Notes under the pieces: generated by a model
Told to the model about the DNA's origin: nothing
Database searches by the model: none
The model's input: only the letters and a program-made list of their open reading frames with translations
Shown here: positions 11,101 through 20,424 of the stretch, one piece after another
Position numbering within the stretch: the first letter of the stretch is position 1
Layout: each line of letters begins with the position of its first letter
DNA from: a virus
Length of the DNA stretch: 64,000 nucleotides
Reading direction: 5' to 3' (one strand)
Virus record (IMG/VR): IMGVR_UViG_3300047564_002169
Coordinates: 1 to 64,000 of that record
Program-made: the position numbers and the translations under genes

Positions 11101-14100
11101 ATATTGGTAAATTGGATCGCAGAATAACAAACTTGGAATACTATGTTTCTTTAAACTTGCTTGAAAAAGACACAGCTACTTTACAAATTAAAGATGCGGT
11201 GACTGGGTTAGATAAGTTTAAAAATGGATTTATCGTAGACCAATTTACTGGTCACGGCATCGGTGACGTTAAAAACACAGACTATAAGATCGCGGTAGAT
11301 TCACAAAATCGTCAATTAAGACCGATGCATTTTACCACAGCTTTAGATATTGTAGAAGATCTCGCTTCTGGTTCTGCTCGTTCTAGTGCTGGGTATCAAA
11401 AAACTAACGACATTGTCACTTTACCATATACTGAATCTACATTTATCTTTAATAATGTATCGTCTAGATCTATTGATGTGAATCCATACAAGATTGGTGC
11501 CTTTAAGGGAGAAGTTGTTCTTCTTCCTGCAGGAGATAACTGGAAGGATACAGAAAGAAGACCAGATCTGATAGTGACTGATGATAATAACTATGATGCT
11601 ATTAGATACCTAGCAGAAGAACTCGGGGTAACAGGCACTCAGTGGAATGAGTGGGAGACTAATTGGACTGGCGTATCAACGTCAACGAATACTTGGCAAA
11701 CAGGAGATCCTTCTCGTCGCCGCCAAAATGTCACCGGATTTCAGACCACAATCACAACTCAGACTGGAACACAGTCAAGAGAAGGTATTTCAACCACATT
11801 ACAATCAACTGTTAACTCTCAAGATTATGGTGATCGAGTTGTAGATATGGGGTTCACCCCATTTATGAGAGCTAGACCTATTGTAGTTGTAGCTAAAAAT
11901 TTAAAAGCTAATACTAGATTCTGGGCATTTTTTGATACTGTTGCAGTTAGCGAATATTGCCAACCAGCAGATTCATTTAGGGTCACCAAAACATCTGGCG
12001 CATCACTTATGAGTTTTGCTGACTCTGACCTTCAAAATAATGTTCTGGCAGATGATCCTAAGAGAGCATATAACGGACAATTAGAACCAGCGTTTTCCGT
12101 AGGCGACGTTTTAACCAACCCAACACACACGGCTACAAATATTACAGCAGTGACAAATTTAGCTTCACCTGCTGCGTCGTTTAATGTTACTGTCGCGAGT
12201 TCTTCTGGAATACTTCCTGGACATCATGTTGTTTTATACAACTTAGATTTCCACAATGCTAGAACTGATAAAGATCTATTTGATCTAAGTGAAAATCAAA
12301 GTATTCCAGAATCAGTTGGTATAACATCAACTACATCTACTTCTAAAGAACTTAATCTTAAGAAATTTAAGGTTCTTGCTGTTAATTCTAACACAATCAC
12401 GCTAGGCAATATTGATGGCAGCAACGTCGCAGCATTCAGCGCGTACAATACTGCATCATACTCTGGAAGCAATCGTGGCAAATTGCTGCGCCTGAAGGCA
12501 TCTGCTGTTGTGGTTTATGACGGCTTTGTGTATAGCTCAGACGCTAATGGGTATCCTTTAGAACAAGACATCCGCGTAGTAAACATTAAAAATGGTTTTG
12601 CCGTCGGTGAAATTTTAACTGGTTCAGTTTTAATCAAAAACACTTCTTCATACAATACCGTAACGTTGTCTTCTATTAATGGGTCTACTTCCACCCCACC
12701 AACTATGAAGGCAGTTGGAGATGCAATACGCGCTGATATTGATGGTGCAGTAGTTGCGGTGTTTTATCTGCCAAATAATAATTCTATTAGTTTTAGAACT
12801 GGTGAAAGAACATTTAAGTTAATCGACAATATTAGTAACAGCGATATTGATTTTGATTCTAAAGGTTCCGCTGTTTATTACTCACAAGGTATAACATTAA
12901 CAAAAGAACGAACTATTGTTAACACTAGAACGGCGCAATTTGTTCAAGATCGTTTGTATGAACAACTTCCGGTTCGTAGAACTTCTTCTTCAACGAGACA
13001 ACTTTATACTGTTTTCACTGGGCACGATCCTGTCGCTCAGACGTTTACCGTCAATTCTACAGGTGGCGTTTTTGTGACTTCTATTGATGTGTTCTTTAGC
13101 GAAGCGGGCAATCGCCCCATTACTGTAGAAATTAGAAGCACCAGTAGCGGCGTTCCTTCTACTAAGGTTATTCCTTTTTCTGATGTGACGTTGACTCCAC
13201 AGCAAATTAATGTTTCTGAAGATGGTTCTATAGCAACAACGTTTACATTTAAAGCGCCTATTTATTTGCAGGACGCGGAAACTTATGCGATTGTGGTTAA
13301 GACCGATGAACCTGGTTGTCAGGTGTTCGTTTCAGAGTTAGGTAAAACAGACCTTATCACAAATCAAATCATCACATCGCAACCATTAACTGGTTCTTTA
13401 TTCTTGTCACAAAATAGCCAAGAATTTGAAATCAATCCATTGTTGGATTTGAAGTTTACGCTTCGTAAAGCAGTGTTCGAAACCAATACTGAGGTCAATG
13501 TTGATCTAAGAGCTAATCCACCGTTAAACTATATTCTTCCAAATAATCCATTTGAAATAACTCCTGACACCAATAAAGTTCGTGTTTACGCTCCAAACCA
13601 TGGTTTTGTAGCTGGTGAGACTGTTACATTGAGTGGATTACCTGACGGTAATTATGGTACTTCTAGTTCTAGTACTGGTATACCAGCTTCGGTGTTTAAT
13701 ACAAAACACTCAGTGTTATCTTCTGGGTTGGAAAAAGATTCATTCGTTATTGAATTGATCACAGCAGACAGCAGTTCTAATAGTTTATTGGTTGGCGCTA
13801 TCACTAATGCTGATTTCGTTAAAGGTGAATATGGTGGTAACACTGTATTGTGCACAAGATCTCTTCACGTTGATGGGTTGTATCTAAAAACATCTGATCT
13901 AAATTTCCAAGATACTTCTATGAAGTATTATGTTAACGCTGAAGATTCTTCTGGAGTGTTTACCGGATACCAGCCTATCGTTTCTAATTCTAACTATTTC
14001 TTCTCAACGAGAAAACATGTTAAGACTTATGACAATCAGTCTGTTATCACGATTAATCCATTAACCAAGAGATCTTCATTAAGATTTAGAGCAGCCCTGT

Positions 14101-15146
14101 CATCATCTAACCCTAATGTATCTCCGGTTATTGACTTGCAAAAAATTTCCGCTTATGCAATTTCTAACTTGGTCAATAATGACACTCAATCTAGCATCAA
14201 TGTGCCAGAAATTGATTCTAGAAACTTGTTAGTGGCTGGAAACTTGGCGTCTGGAGATGTTTCTTCGGCTGGTACCGGAACGTTATCTTCTTCTACTGCA
14301 AGCACTGCAATAACTGGTGTCTCTACACAGTTCTTGACTCAAGTTAAAGCAGGGAATGTGCTAAAGAGAACATCTGATGGTGTTACTATCGGTACAGTGT
14401 CTACAGTTAATTCTAACACAAGTATAACTTTAACAGGAAATGCTGCCATAACCACCAGCGGAATTCCGTTCACTGTTGTGTCAGCTTCTACTCTGACTTT
14501 CTCGAACAGCAACGGATACGGTCTAATTTCTACTAATATTGACACTGCAGACAACTTGCTGGCTAATGCTGTGATTGGTAAATACATAACTATCGCAAAC
14601 GCGAACTCAAACGTTAATGGTACATATGTTATCACTAATGTTATTAATGAATCAGATAACACAACGTTTGCTGGTAATACTGAGTTAGATAAGATTAACG
14701 TGTTCGTGTCTCCACCGTTCGCTGGTTCTGCATCTATTGATATGATAACAGATAATGATTTCAGTATTAAGATGCTAGATAAATATGTTGAAGATTTTGC
14801 TCCGGTCGGTTCTCACAACTACGCGAACTATATCACCAGAACTCTATCTTTAGCTAATGCTGCAGAAGCGCTGAAGATTATGTTTGATGCTAGCGTGGTC
14901 AATAAAACTAACATTAAAGTGTATTATAGAGTTTGGGCTGGTGATGTTGATTTAAGAAAACTTCCATATGTTGATAGCGGGTTTTCTAATAACACAACTG
15001 ATCCAGAAGGTTCGTTTAGCGAAAGATCTATAGATTTAACTAATCTTTCTCCGTTCACGAATGTTTCTATTAAATTGGTTATGAAGTCTACGGATCCTGC
15101 TGCAGTTCCTCTAGTTAAAAACTTTAGAATGATTGCATACTCATAA
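8169..15146 (+). CDS. Large virion structural protein, VrlC/DUF4815-like
   Basis: PYNDDYD..KDFYRILFRP.YAVQARELTQLQ N-terminus, APGAHRYKI, LARRTYDESGNY, DNRRYTMKDIG, DPVAQTF motifs of aquatic T4-like phage proteins. Confidence 0.85.
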   Translation: MTINFNTEPYNDDYDAEKDFYRILFRPSYAVQARELTQLQTILQNQVSRFGDHVFKNGSQVIPGSINVDDKIHFIKLETTYNTANVLTYLSSFRDKIITGSTSGVKLRVIDTSNCECVVDQTSIPTLYCKIENTAEDGTTKRLIPGEDVIALEADNQIETNYKLTENQSDDLGATVRSLGDLAETATTYTNNPSSDVLGFAYGVDIKAGIYYVDGFFVRNSEKHLYIGRFSPTVFGLDENDQPQTSCRVGFKVIEDLIAPEDDETLLDNAQGSFNFAAPGAHRYKISLDVVRLPLNYTPDNIRFIELLRIVDGRIQRKVTTSSYAELEKTLARRTYDESGNYEVNKFKLSVREHLDNGSNFGVYPETPQTPVAGVTYGDPDKFVVVVDPGKAYVQGYEVEAVASQFVELNKARENSITGDEGGHIFRLDDQPIPTQNGNYVLVKNLYKLPAVDSFERVYLVKKLNAVPGAAPASSDIVGTARIKGIELHSADYTAGTSTVYKLGLIDVNMYSGFSFEADVKQLTGTDTTGVFTCDINPSPYTLLGSATTSTSSQTVTGVGTNFVSSIVAGDVLYVNNVLIGTVSTTPTNNLSLTLTANAAATVSGGIISIFRAEIFEAEYASLIYRVGPQFVKTLRGWDGTADTQKSTQVTVRRIFSPYTVGSTLIAEFSLTNTNEFFLSDSDLSNYLLINNSTNLPVNITTSSITFDNDTNRKTVTFSGLTDGVSYSLIASVLQINLAGQEKTKTLISNFEQTITGAKFVTSNTVELSKADVLRIKNIYMTPGNYNAYSDSGRVDITDRYTLDDGQRSAYYTNSKLVLKPGFQVPSGAIKVVYDYFQVSGSGNYFSVDSYSTIDYDLIPNYFTIDPSTGKKTEICLSCVLDYRPIIAGDNTWYPQLPKIGTDANAPIAFYVGRQDKLVLDSVGRFNVIQGVPALLPQEPEDPKEGLVLASIYIPPYTKFVDSVKVYQRDNRRYTMKDIGKLDRRITNLEYYVSLNLLEKDTATLQIKDAVTGLDKFKNGFIVDQFTGHGIGDVKNTDYKIAVDSQNRQLRPMHFTTALDIVEDLASGSARSSAGYQKTNDIVTLPYTESTFIFNNVSSRSIDVNPYKIGAFKGEVVLLPAGDNWKDTERRPDLIVTDDNNYDAIRYLAEELGVTGTQWNEWETNWTGVSTSTNTWQTGDPSRRRQNVTGFQTTITTQTGTQSREGISTTLQSTVNSQDYGDRVVDMGFTPFMRARPIVVVAKNLKANTRFWAFFDTVAVSEYCQPADSFRVTKTSGASLMSFADSDLQNNVLADDPKRAYNGQLEPAFSVGDVLTNPTHTATNITAVTNLASPAASFNVTVASSSGILPGHHVVLYNLDFHNARTDKDLFDLSENQSIPESVGITSTTSTSKELNLKKFKVLAVNSNTITLGNIDGSNVAAFSAYNTASYSGSNRGKLLRLKASAVVVYDGFVYSSDANGYPLEQDIRVVNIKNGFAVGEILTGSVLIKNTSSYNTVTLSSINGSTSTPPTMKAVGDAIRADIDGAVVAVFYLPNNNSISFRTGERTFKLIDNISNSDIDFDSKGSAVYYSQGITLTKERTIVNTRTAQFVQDRLYEQLPVRRTSSSTRQLYTVFTGHDPVAQTFTVNSTGGVFVTSIDVFFSEAGNRPITVEIRSTSSGVPSTKVIPFSDVTLTPQQINVSEDGSIATTFTFKAPIYLQDAETYAIVVKTDEPGCQVFVSELGKTDLITNQIITSQPLTGSLFLSQNSQEFEINPLLDLKFTLRKAVFETNTEVNVDLRANPPLNYILPNNPFEITPDTNKVRVYAPNHGFVAGETVTLSGLPDGNYGTSSSSTGIPASVFNTKHSVLSSGLEKDSFVIELITADSSSNSLLVGAITNADFVKGEYGGNTVLCTRSLHVDGLYLKTSDLNFQDTSMKYYVNAEDSSGVFTGYQPIVSNSNYFFSTRKHVKTYDNQSVITINPLTKRSSLRFRAALSSSNPNVSPVIDLQKISAYAISNLVNNDTQSSINVPEIDSRNLLVAGNLASGDVSSAGTGTLSSSTASTAITGVSTQFLTQVKAGNVLKRTSDGVTIGTVSTVNSNTSITLTGNAAITTSGIPFTVVSASTLTFSNSNGYGLISTNIDTADNLLANAVIGKYITIANANSNVNGTYVITNVINESDNTTFAGNTELDKINVFVSPPFAGSASIDMITDNDFSIKMLDKYVEDFAPVGSHNYANYITRTLSLANAAEALKIMFDASVVNKTNIKVYYRVWAGDVDLRKLPYVDSGFSNNTTDPEGSFSERSIDLTNLSPFTNVSIKLVMKSTDPAAVPLVKNFRMIAYS

Positions 15147-15406
15147 TGGAAAATCTAGTTAAGGTAGATGGGTTCGAATCCCTCCGAAAAGATAAAACTA
15201 ACGGAGGGGTTATTAACGTTGACAAAAACGCATACAAGGCATATCTTATTTCAAAATCATTAGCTGAAAAAAGAGAAACAGAAAAGAAAATAACCCAAGA
15301 AGCAGTTGGCTCTATGCAGAGTGAAATAAATAATATCAAACAAGATATAACAGAGATAAAAACAATGTTATTGTCTCTGTTAAATTCTAAAAAAGCTGGC
15401 GATTAA
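15146..15406 (+). CDS. Hypothetical coiled-coil protein
   Basis: Translationally coupled (TAATG); C-terminal heptad helix EINNIKQDITEIKTML. Confidence 0.8.
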   Translation: MENLVKVDGFESLRKDKTNGGVINVDKNAYKAYLISKSLAEKRETEKKITQEAVGSMQSEINNIKQDITEIKTMLLSLLNSKKAGD

Positions 15407-15477
15407 TGACACCACTGACTGATGCCAATTCTATGAATGTGAATACAAACCTAGTGTCACAAATTAACAGGAAATAA
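15406..15477 (+). pseudogene. Possible remnant of a fibre gene N-terminus (23 codons)
   Basis: Coupled ATG; MTPLTDANSMNVNTNL resembles SPLTNTEIDNNFINLNN of the next gene. Confidence 0.3.
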
Positions 15478-15483
15478 CCTTAA

Positions 15484-16707
15484 ATGGCTGCTATTACAAC
15501 TAGACAAACCGGCACCACTGGCGTAGATGGAGTGACTAGAAAAGACTCTCCATTAACCAACACTGAAATTGATAATAATTTTATTAATTTAAATAACAAT
15601 AAACTAGAATCATCATGGACAGGTAATACTTCTGTTGTAACGTTAGGTACTGTCACAACTGGTACATGGAATGCTACTACAATATCTGTCGCTAACGGCG
15701 GTACTGGGTTAACATCTACCCCAGCCAACGGCGCTCTTGATATTGGTAATGGAACTGGATTCACTAGAACTACTCTGACTGGAACCGCCAATAGAATTTC
15801 TGTGACCAACGGTTCTGGTTCTATCACTCTTTCTACGCCACAAGACATTGCAACATCATCTAATGTGCAGTTTGGTTCTTTAGGCGTTGGCCAAGCAGCA
15901 TCAGGAACCGCTGGTGACTTGCGAGCAACTACTGCACAGATTACAACTTTAAGTTCAACTACTGCGCAGATTACATCTTTAGGCGTTGGCCAAGCAGCAT
16001 CAGGAACCGCTGGTGACTTGCGAGCAACTACTGCACAGATTACAACTTTAAGTTCAACTACTGCGCAGAGTGGGTCTATAACTTCAACTACTGCGCAGAT
16101 TACATCTTTAGGCGTTGGCACATCAGCATCAGGCACCGCAGGGCAAATACGATTTAGTGACGGTACTATACAATCTACGGCAGCAAGATCAGTACCGTCC
16201 GTACAAGTTTTTACGGCGGGTGGTACATTCACAGTACCAGCTAACGTCACGCGCCTGAAGGTGACCGTTGTAGGTGGTGGTGGTAATGGTGGAGCCAATA
16301 CCGTAGGTAGTTGTAATACCATATACTACGGCGGCGGTGGCGGTGGTGGCGGCAGCTCGCAAAAATGGTTAACTGTTACTCCTGGTGCAACATACACCGT
16401 CACGGTGGGCAGCGCGGGTGGTACATCTTCATTTGGATCTGAATGTTCTGCAACTGGCGGCAGTAATGGTAGTGCCGGCGCACAGGTTAGTGGTGTTGGC
16501 GCGGGAGGTGTCGGTGGTGCTGGTTCCGGTGGTACATTAAATATTGGCGGCAGTTCGGGAACGCCTGGTATTATCGACCGTCCTGTGGGGCGAGGTGGCT
16601 CTTCGATTCTGGGCGGTGGCTCTAATACTGCAGGTCGTTCCTACGGTGGTGGAGGAGGTGGTGGTAGTTATGCTGGTGCCTCTGGCGTTGTCATTGTTGA
16701 ATACTAA
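15484..16707 (+). CDS. Tail fibre-like protein with glycine-rich C-terminal domain
   Basis: PLTNTEIDNNF anchor motif, T/G/S-rich shaft, FTAGGTFTVPANVTRLKVTVVGGGG...GASGVVIVEY glycine-rich tip. Confidence 0.8.
   Translation: MAAITTRQTGTTGVDGVTRKDSPLTNTEIDNNFINLNNNKLESSWTGNTSVVTLGTVTTGTWNATTISVANGGTGLTSTPANGALDIGNGTGFTRTTLTGTANRISVTNGSGSITLSTPQDIATSSNVQFGSLGVGQAASGTAGDLRATTAQITTLSSTTAQITSLGVGQAASGTAGDLRATTAQITTLSSTTAQSGSITSTTAQITSLGVGTSASGTAGQIRFSDGTIQSTAARSVPSVQVFTAGGTFTVPANVTRLKVTVVGGGGNGGANTVGSCNTIYYGGGGGGGGSSQKWLTVTPGATYTVTVGSAGGTSSFGSECSATGGSNGSAGAQVSGVGAGGVGGAGSGGTLNIGGSSGTPGIIDRPVGRGGSSILGGGSNTAGRSYGGGGGGGSYAGASGVVIVEY
15877..16140 (+). repeat. In-frame 99-bp tandem repeat (2 copies plus a partial third)
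   Basis: 15877-15970 is identical to 15976-16069; a degenerate third unit runs to about 16140. Confidence 0.9.
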
Positions 16708-16719
16708 TTAAGGTAATTT

Positions 16720-16953
16720 ATGAAAAAAGCATTAATTTCAAAACTTGAGCCTGTTCGCGATGGATTCCGCGTCGCGCAGGTTATAGACAGCAACGACATT
16801 TTTGAAGTTGCCGCTGACCTGTTTTGGGCTGATTGCGCAGACGATGTAGTCGCAGATCTTTTCTGGTATGATCCACTGGACAGTAAAATTAAACTTGTGT
16901 CTGAACCTGTTGTTTCTACGGAGACAGGTACTAGCGGGGTCCAGACGCTGTGA
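16720..16953 (+). CDS. Small hypothetical protein (possible fibre chaperone)
   Basis: AAGG RBS; acidic protein directly after the glycine-rich fibre gene. Confidence 0.7.
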   Translation: MKKALISKLEPVRDGFRVAQVIDSNDIFEVAADLFWADCADDVVADLFWYDPLDSKIKLVSEPVVSTETGTSGVQTL

Positions 16954-17213
16954 CACCCAGCGTTCCTACACACACCTTCTCTTTTAATGGCGTGACCACA
17001 ACTGTGTATCACGCTCAAGTAGGAGAAGGATTATCAAAACACTCTCATAAAATTCCTCATATCACATTCGTTGCTCGAGGTTCTACCATCGTGAGAAAAG
17101 AAGGAAAAGAATTGGTAATGACGCCAGAAACGCAACCAGTGTTACTACCAGCAACAGAATGGCACGAAATCGAAGCCTTGGAAGACAACACAGTTTTTAT
17201 CAACATCATATGA
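16950..17213 (+). CDS. Cupin-domain protein
   Basis: GLSKHSHKIPHITFVARGS and EWHEIEALED cupin metal-binding motifs; GTGA overlap with the upstream gene. Confidence 0.8.
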   Translation: MTPSVPTHTFSFNGVTTTVYHAQVGEGLSKHSHKIPHITFVARGSTIVRKEGKELVMTPETQPVLLPATEWHEIEALEDNTVFINII

Positions 17214-17252
17214 CGTTAAAACGAACCGCGAACCAATTGCAATTTCTGAAAT

Positions 17253-17260
17253 TATAAATA
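17253..17260 (+). promoter_or_regulatory. T4-type late promoter TATAAATA
   Basis: Exact match upstream of the ORF at 17289. Confidence 0.7.
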
Positions 17261-17288
17261 ATAAATATAAAATCTACGGAAATCCACA

Positions 17289-17807
17289 ATGGTAACTATT
17301 AAAAATCTTTTTGTAGACGCGGGAGCGGATTACAGTACCATTATTACTGTGAGTGGATATAACGGTCAAGCATTAGACTTGACCGGATATAGCGCAGCTT
17401 CTCAGCTAAGAAAGTCATATGGTTCTAGTATTTCGTACAATTTTACTGCAAGCATATATAACGCAGTTGAAGGAAAAATTAGTCTTGAGTTGACAGCAAA
17501 CCAGGCTTCAGCTATTCCACCAGGAAGATGGCTGTATGATGTAGAAATAACTTCCCCTACTGGTAAAAAAACTAGAGTAATTGAAGGTGTTGTAACATTA
17601 AATCCAGAAATAACTACGCCAGATGGATCGGCTCCAACTAATATTATTAGCTTAGATGATGTTAACGACATTGACGTTGTGACTAATGGTAAACTTGACG
17701 GTTCAGTTTTAGTATATAAAACCGCAACAAATAAGTGGACTTCTACCAAAATTCTAAATCAACAAATCGTGGATGGTGGTGAATACACGGATGGTGGTGA
17801 AATTTAG
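17289..17807 (+). CDS. Virion structural adaptor-like protein
   Basis: LDLTGY...QLRKSY, GRWLYDVEI..RVIEG domain plus C-terminal DGGEY/DGGEI motif. Confidence 0.75.
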   Translation: MVTIKNLFVDAGADYSTIITVSGYNGQALDLTGYSAASQLRKSYGSSISYNFTASIYNAVEGKISLELTANQASAIPPGRWLYDVEITSPTGKKTRVIEGVVTLNPEITTPDGSAPTNIISLDDVNDIDVVTNGKLDGSVLVYKTATNKWTSTKILNQQIVDGGEYTDGGEI

Positions 17808-17820
17808 TGGATAATAACCA

Positions 17821-17827
17821 CTAAATA
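17821..17827 (+). promoter_or_regulatory. Late promoter-like motif CTAAATA
   Basis: Intergenic; overlaps the hairpin ttagtgg-N7-ccactaa (17804-17824). Confidence 0.5.
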
Positions 17828-17932
17828 AATGTAAGTAAGTTGTAACAGGGAGTTGTACAATAACGCAATAGTAAAAATTCTGTGTTCTGTTACTATACAT
17901 ACAGAATTTTAAACATAATTAGGAGAGCATAA

Positions 17933-19993
17933 ATGGCATCAGTAATTCGTATTAAACGCAGTTCAACATCCGGCGCACCAACAACACTGGGCGCAGGCGA
18001 ACTAGCGTACTCAGCATTAGCAAATAACGGCAGTAACGGCGGTGACATCCTATACATCGGTATGGGAGCAGAAACAGAAGGTAATGCAGCCAATAAAGTT
18101 GTGATCGGTGGTAAGTATTTCACCGATATGATGGACCACACCAAAGGTGTGTTGACTGCAAGTTCTGCATTGATCACTGATAGTAATTCTAAATTAGATA
18201 ACCTAAAAGTCGATAATTTAGACTTAAACGGTAATACGATTAGCAGCACTGATGCAAATGGCGATGTATTCATTACGCCAAATGGTACTGGTAAAACTGT
18301 TATTACCAATCTATACATTGGTGATACAAGCACTTCTCTTTCTGAGTTCATTTTAGACGCTGTCGGTGGAACAATCACTGCTGGTAATGGTATTACTGTC
18401 ACCAACGACGATGGGGCTAATACCTCTACAGTTGCTATTGATACTTCAGTTGTTGCAACATTATCAGACACACAGACATTATCTAACAAAACGTTTGTAG
18501 CACCAGTTCTCGGTGAAGCAACTGCTACTTCTATTAACAAATTAGCAATTACTGCTCCTGCGACTGGCGCAACATTAACCATCGCTGACGGTAAAACGCT
18601 AACAGTAAGCAACACTCTAACATTCACTGGTACTGATGCATCTTCTGTTGCATTTGGTGCTGGTGGTACAGTTGCTTACACTAGCAACAAGCTAAGCGCA
18701 TTTGCTGCTACATCTTCTGCTGAACTGGCTGGTGTTATTTCTGATGAAACTGGTAGCGGTTCTCTAGTTTTCTCAGATAGCCCAACTCTGGTAACCCCAA
18801 CTCTGGGTGCAGCATTAGCTACTAGCATCACTGCAACTTCTGGTAATTTATCGCTTTCTGCTGCTGCAGGTAATAACAACGTTAATCTAGTTCCAACTGG
18901 TACTGGTACTGTTGACGTTGCTTCTAAGCGCATCACTAGCGTTGCTGAACCAACTCAAGCGACTGATGCAGCAACTAAAGGTTATGTTGATTCTGTTGCG
19001 CAAGGTCTGAATGTTAAAGATGCTGTTCGTGCTGCTACTACCGCTGCGCTGACCGCAACATATTCTAATGGCACTTCTGGTGTTGGTGCTACATTAACTA
19101 ACTCTGGTACTCAAGCAGCACTGGTTATTGATGGCGTTAGCTTGGTCGTCGGTAATCGCGTCTTGGTTAAAAATCAAGCCAGCGCATCTGAAAATGGTAT
19201 CTATGTTGTAACTACTGTTGGTTCTGGATCTGTTGACTGGGTATTAACTCGCGCTGCTGATTCTGACCAATCTCCTGCTGGAGAAATTGCAGGCGGTGAC
19301 TTCACTTTCGTTCAAGAAGGTACTGTTAACTTTGACTCTGGTTTTGTAATTACTACAGACGGCGAAATCACTGTTGGTACTACTGCTATTAACTGGGCTC
19401 AGTTCTCTGGCGCTGGCGCTATTGTTGCTGGTGACGGTCTAACTAAAGATGGTAATACACTAAACGTAGTTGGTACAGCAGACCGCATCAGCGTTAGCGC
19501 TAATGCTGTTGATATTGCATCTACTTACGTCGGTCAAGCTAGCATCACTACTTTGGGTACTATCAGCACTGGTACTTGGCAAGGTACTGTTGTTAGCCCA
19601 ACCTATGGTGGTACTGGTGTAAACAACGGTTCTAAAACTATCACTCTTGGTGGTAATCTCACCACTAGCGGTGCGTTTGACACTACGCTGACTGTAACTG
19701 CCGCTACCTCCGTAACTCTGCCAACCACTGGCACTCTGGCAACTCTTGCTGGTACTGAGTCTCTAAGCAACAAGACAATCACTGCTTCTAGCTTTGATGG
19801 TACTACAGTATCTGCTTCTGGTAACGTCACATTCACTAGCACGACAGATGCTACTGCATTGGGAACTGCGCCAGTTGTTATGTCTGGTGGTCTATCTGTA
19901 GCTAAGTCAATGTACGTCGGTACCAATATCACTGGTGCTGGTGCAGCAACTTCTACTCTAGATGGATTTAACATCGACGGCGGTACATACTAA
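17933..19993 (+). CDS. Tail fibre protein (module A1)
   Basis: AGGAG RBS; N-terminal IRIKRS...GELAYS domain, DAATKGYVD, RVLVKNQ...ENGIYVV fibre motifs, C-terminal DGGTY. Confidence 0.85.
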   Translation: MASVIRIKRSSTSGAPTTLGAGELAYSALANNGSNGGDILYIGMGAETEGNAANKVVIGGKYFTDMMDHTKGVLTASSALITDSNSKLDNLKVDNLDLNGNTISSTDANGDVFITPNGTGKTVITNLYIGDTSTSLSEFILDAVGGTITAGNGITVTNDDGANTSTVAIDTSVVATLSDTQTLSNKTFVAPVLGEATATSINKLAITAPATGATLTIADGKTLTVSNTLTFTGTDASSVAFGAGGTVAYTSNKLSAFAATSSAELAGVISDETGSGSLVFSDSPTLVTPTLGAALATSITATSGNLSLSAAAGNNNVNLVPTGTGTVDVASKRITSVAEPTQATDAATKGYVDSVAQGLNVKDAVRAATTAALTATYSNGTSGVGATLTNSGTQAALVIDGVSLVVGNRVLVKNQASASENGIYVVTTVGSGSVDWVLTRAADSDQSPAGEIAGGDFTFVQEGTVNFDSGFVITTDGEITVGTTAINWAQFSGAGAIVAGDGLTKDGNTLNVVGTADRISVSANAVDIASTYVGQASITTLGTISTGTWQGTVVSPTYGGTGVNNGSKTITLGGNLTTSGAFDTTLTVTAATSVTLPTTGTLATLAGTESLSNKTITASSFDGTTVSASGNVTFTSTTDATALGTAPVVMSGGLSVAKSMYVGTNITGAGAATSTLDGFNIDGGTY

Positions 19994-20104
19994 ATAATTG
20001 GAGTAAAGGGGCAGTTTTTACTGCCCCAATTACTTTAATTGGGGTAAAGGGCAGTTTTACTGCCCTAACTACCTTTTTAGTAATCACTATGACAAATAAA
20101 GTTA
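17945..20104 (+). repeat. Long direct repeat copy 1 (gene A plus downstream spacer); copy 2 at 22528-24694
   Basis: Collinear near-identity, including a 62-bp exact match between 18107-18168 and 22690-22751. Confidence 0.95.
19990..20080 (+). promoter_or_regulatory. CTAAATA late motif followed by tandem GGGCAG-T4/5-ACTGCCC hairpins
   Basis: Hairpins at about 20008-20027 and 20049-20066; duplicated at 24570-24670. Confidence 0.65.
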
Positions 20105-20156
20105 CTACAACACAAATTGGTTTTGTGATGTTATCGCAACCGTCATACAGACTTAA
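20089..20156 (+). pseudogene. Deletion scar: start of gene B joined to the 3' end of a gene E homologue
   Basis: atgacaaataaagtt equals the first 15 nt of the 24679 gene; 20106-20156 translates YNTNWFCDVIATVIQT*, compared with YNATDLFWDAVATVTQA* of 29130-29528. Confidence 0.8.
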
Positions 20157-20167
20157 AAGGAATGTAA

Positions 20168-20422
20168 ATGAAACTTGATTTTGAAATCGACACATCGCAC
20201 GGTAAATACCGCGACGCATTACATTTACCAGACGACCACTCTTTCACGGAAGAGCAAATCACTCAGATGCAAACAGAACGAGTCAACGCATGGATTTACG
20301 CTATAGAAAATCCACCTGTTCCTCAACCTGAAATTGTTGAAATTGCTGGAGTACGTTACGAAAAGGTTGAGTTTGAAGGGCAAACTCTACTCAAACCCAT
20401 ACTCACTGTAGTCGGAGCGTAA
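20168..20422 (+). CDS. Small hypothetical protein F1 (paralogue of 29549-29785)
   Basis: MKLDFEIDTSHGKYRDALHLPDDH versus MKIDFQFQTKYGTFRDALSLPDDH; AGGA RBS. Confidence 0.85.
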   Translation: MKLDFEIDTSHGKYRDALHLPDDHSFTEEQITQMQTERVNAWIYAIENPPVPQPEIVEIAGVRYEKVEFEGQTLLKPILTVVGA

Positions 20423-20424
20423 TT

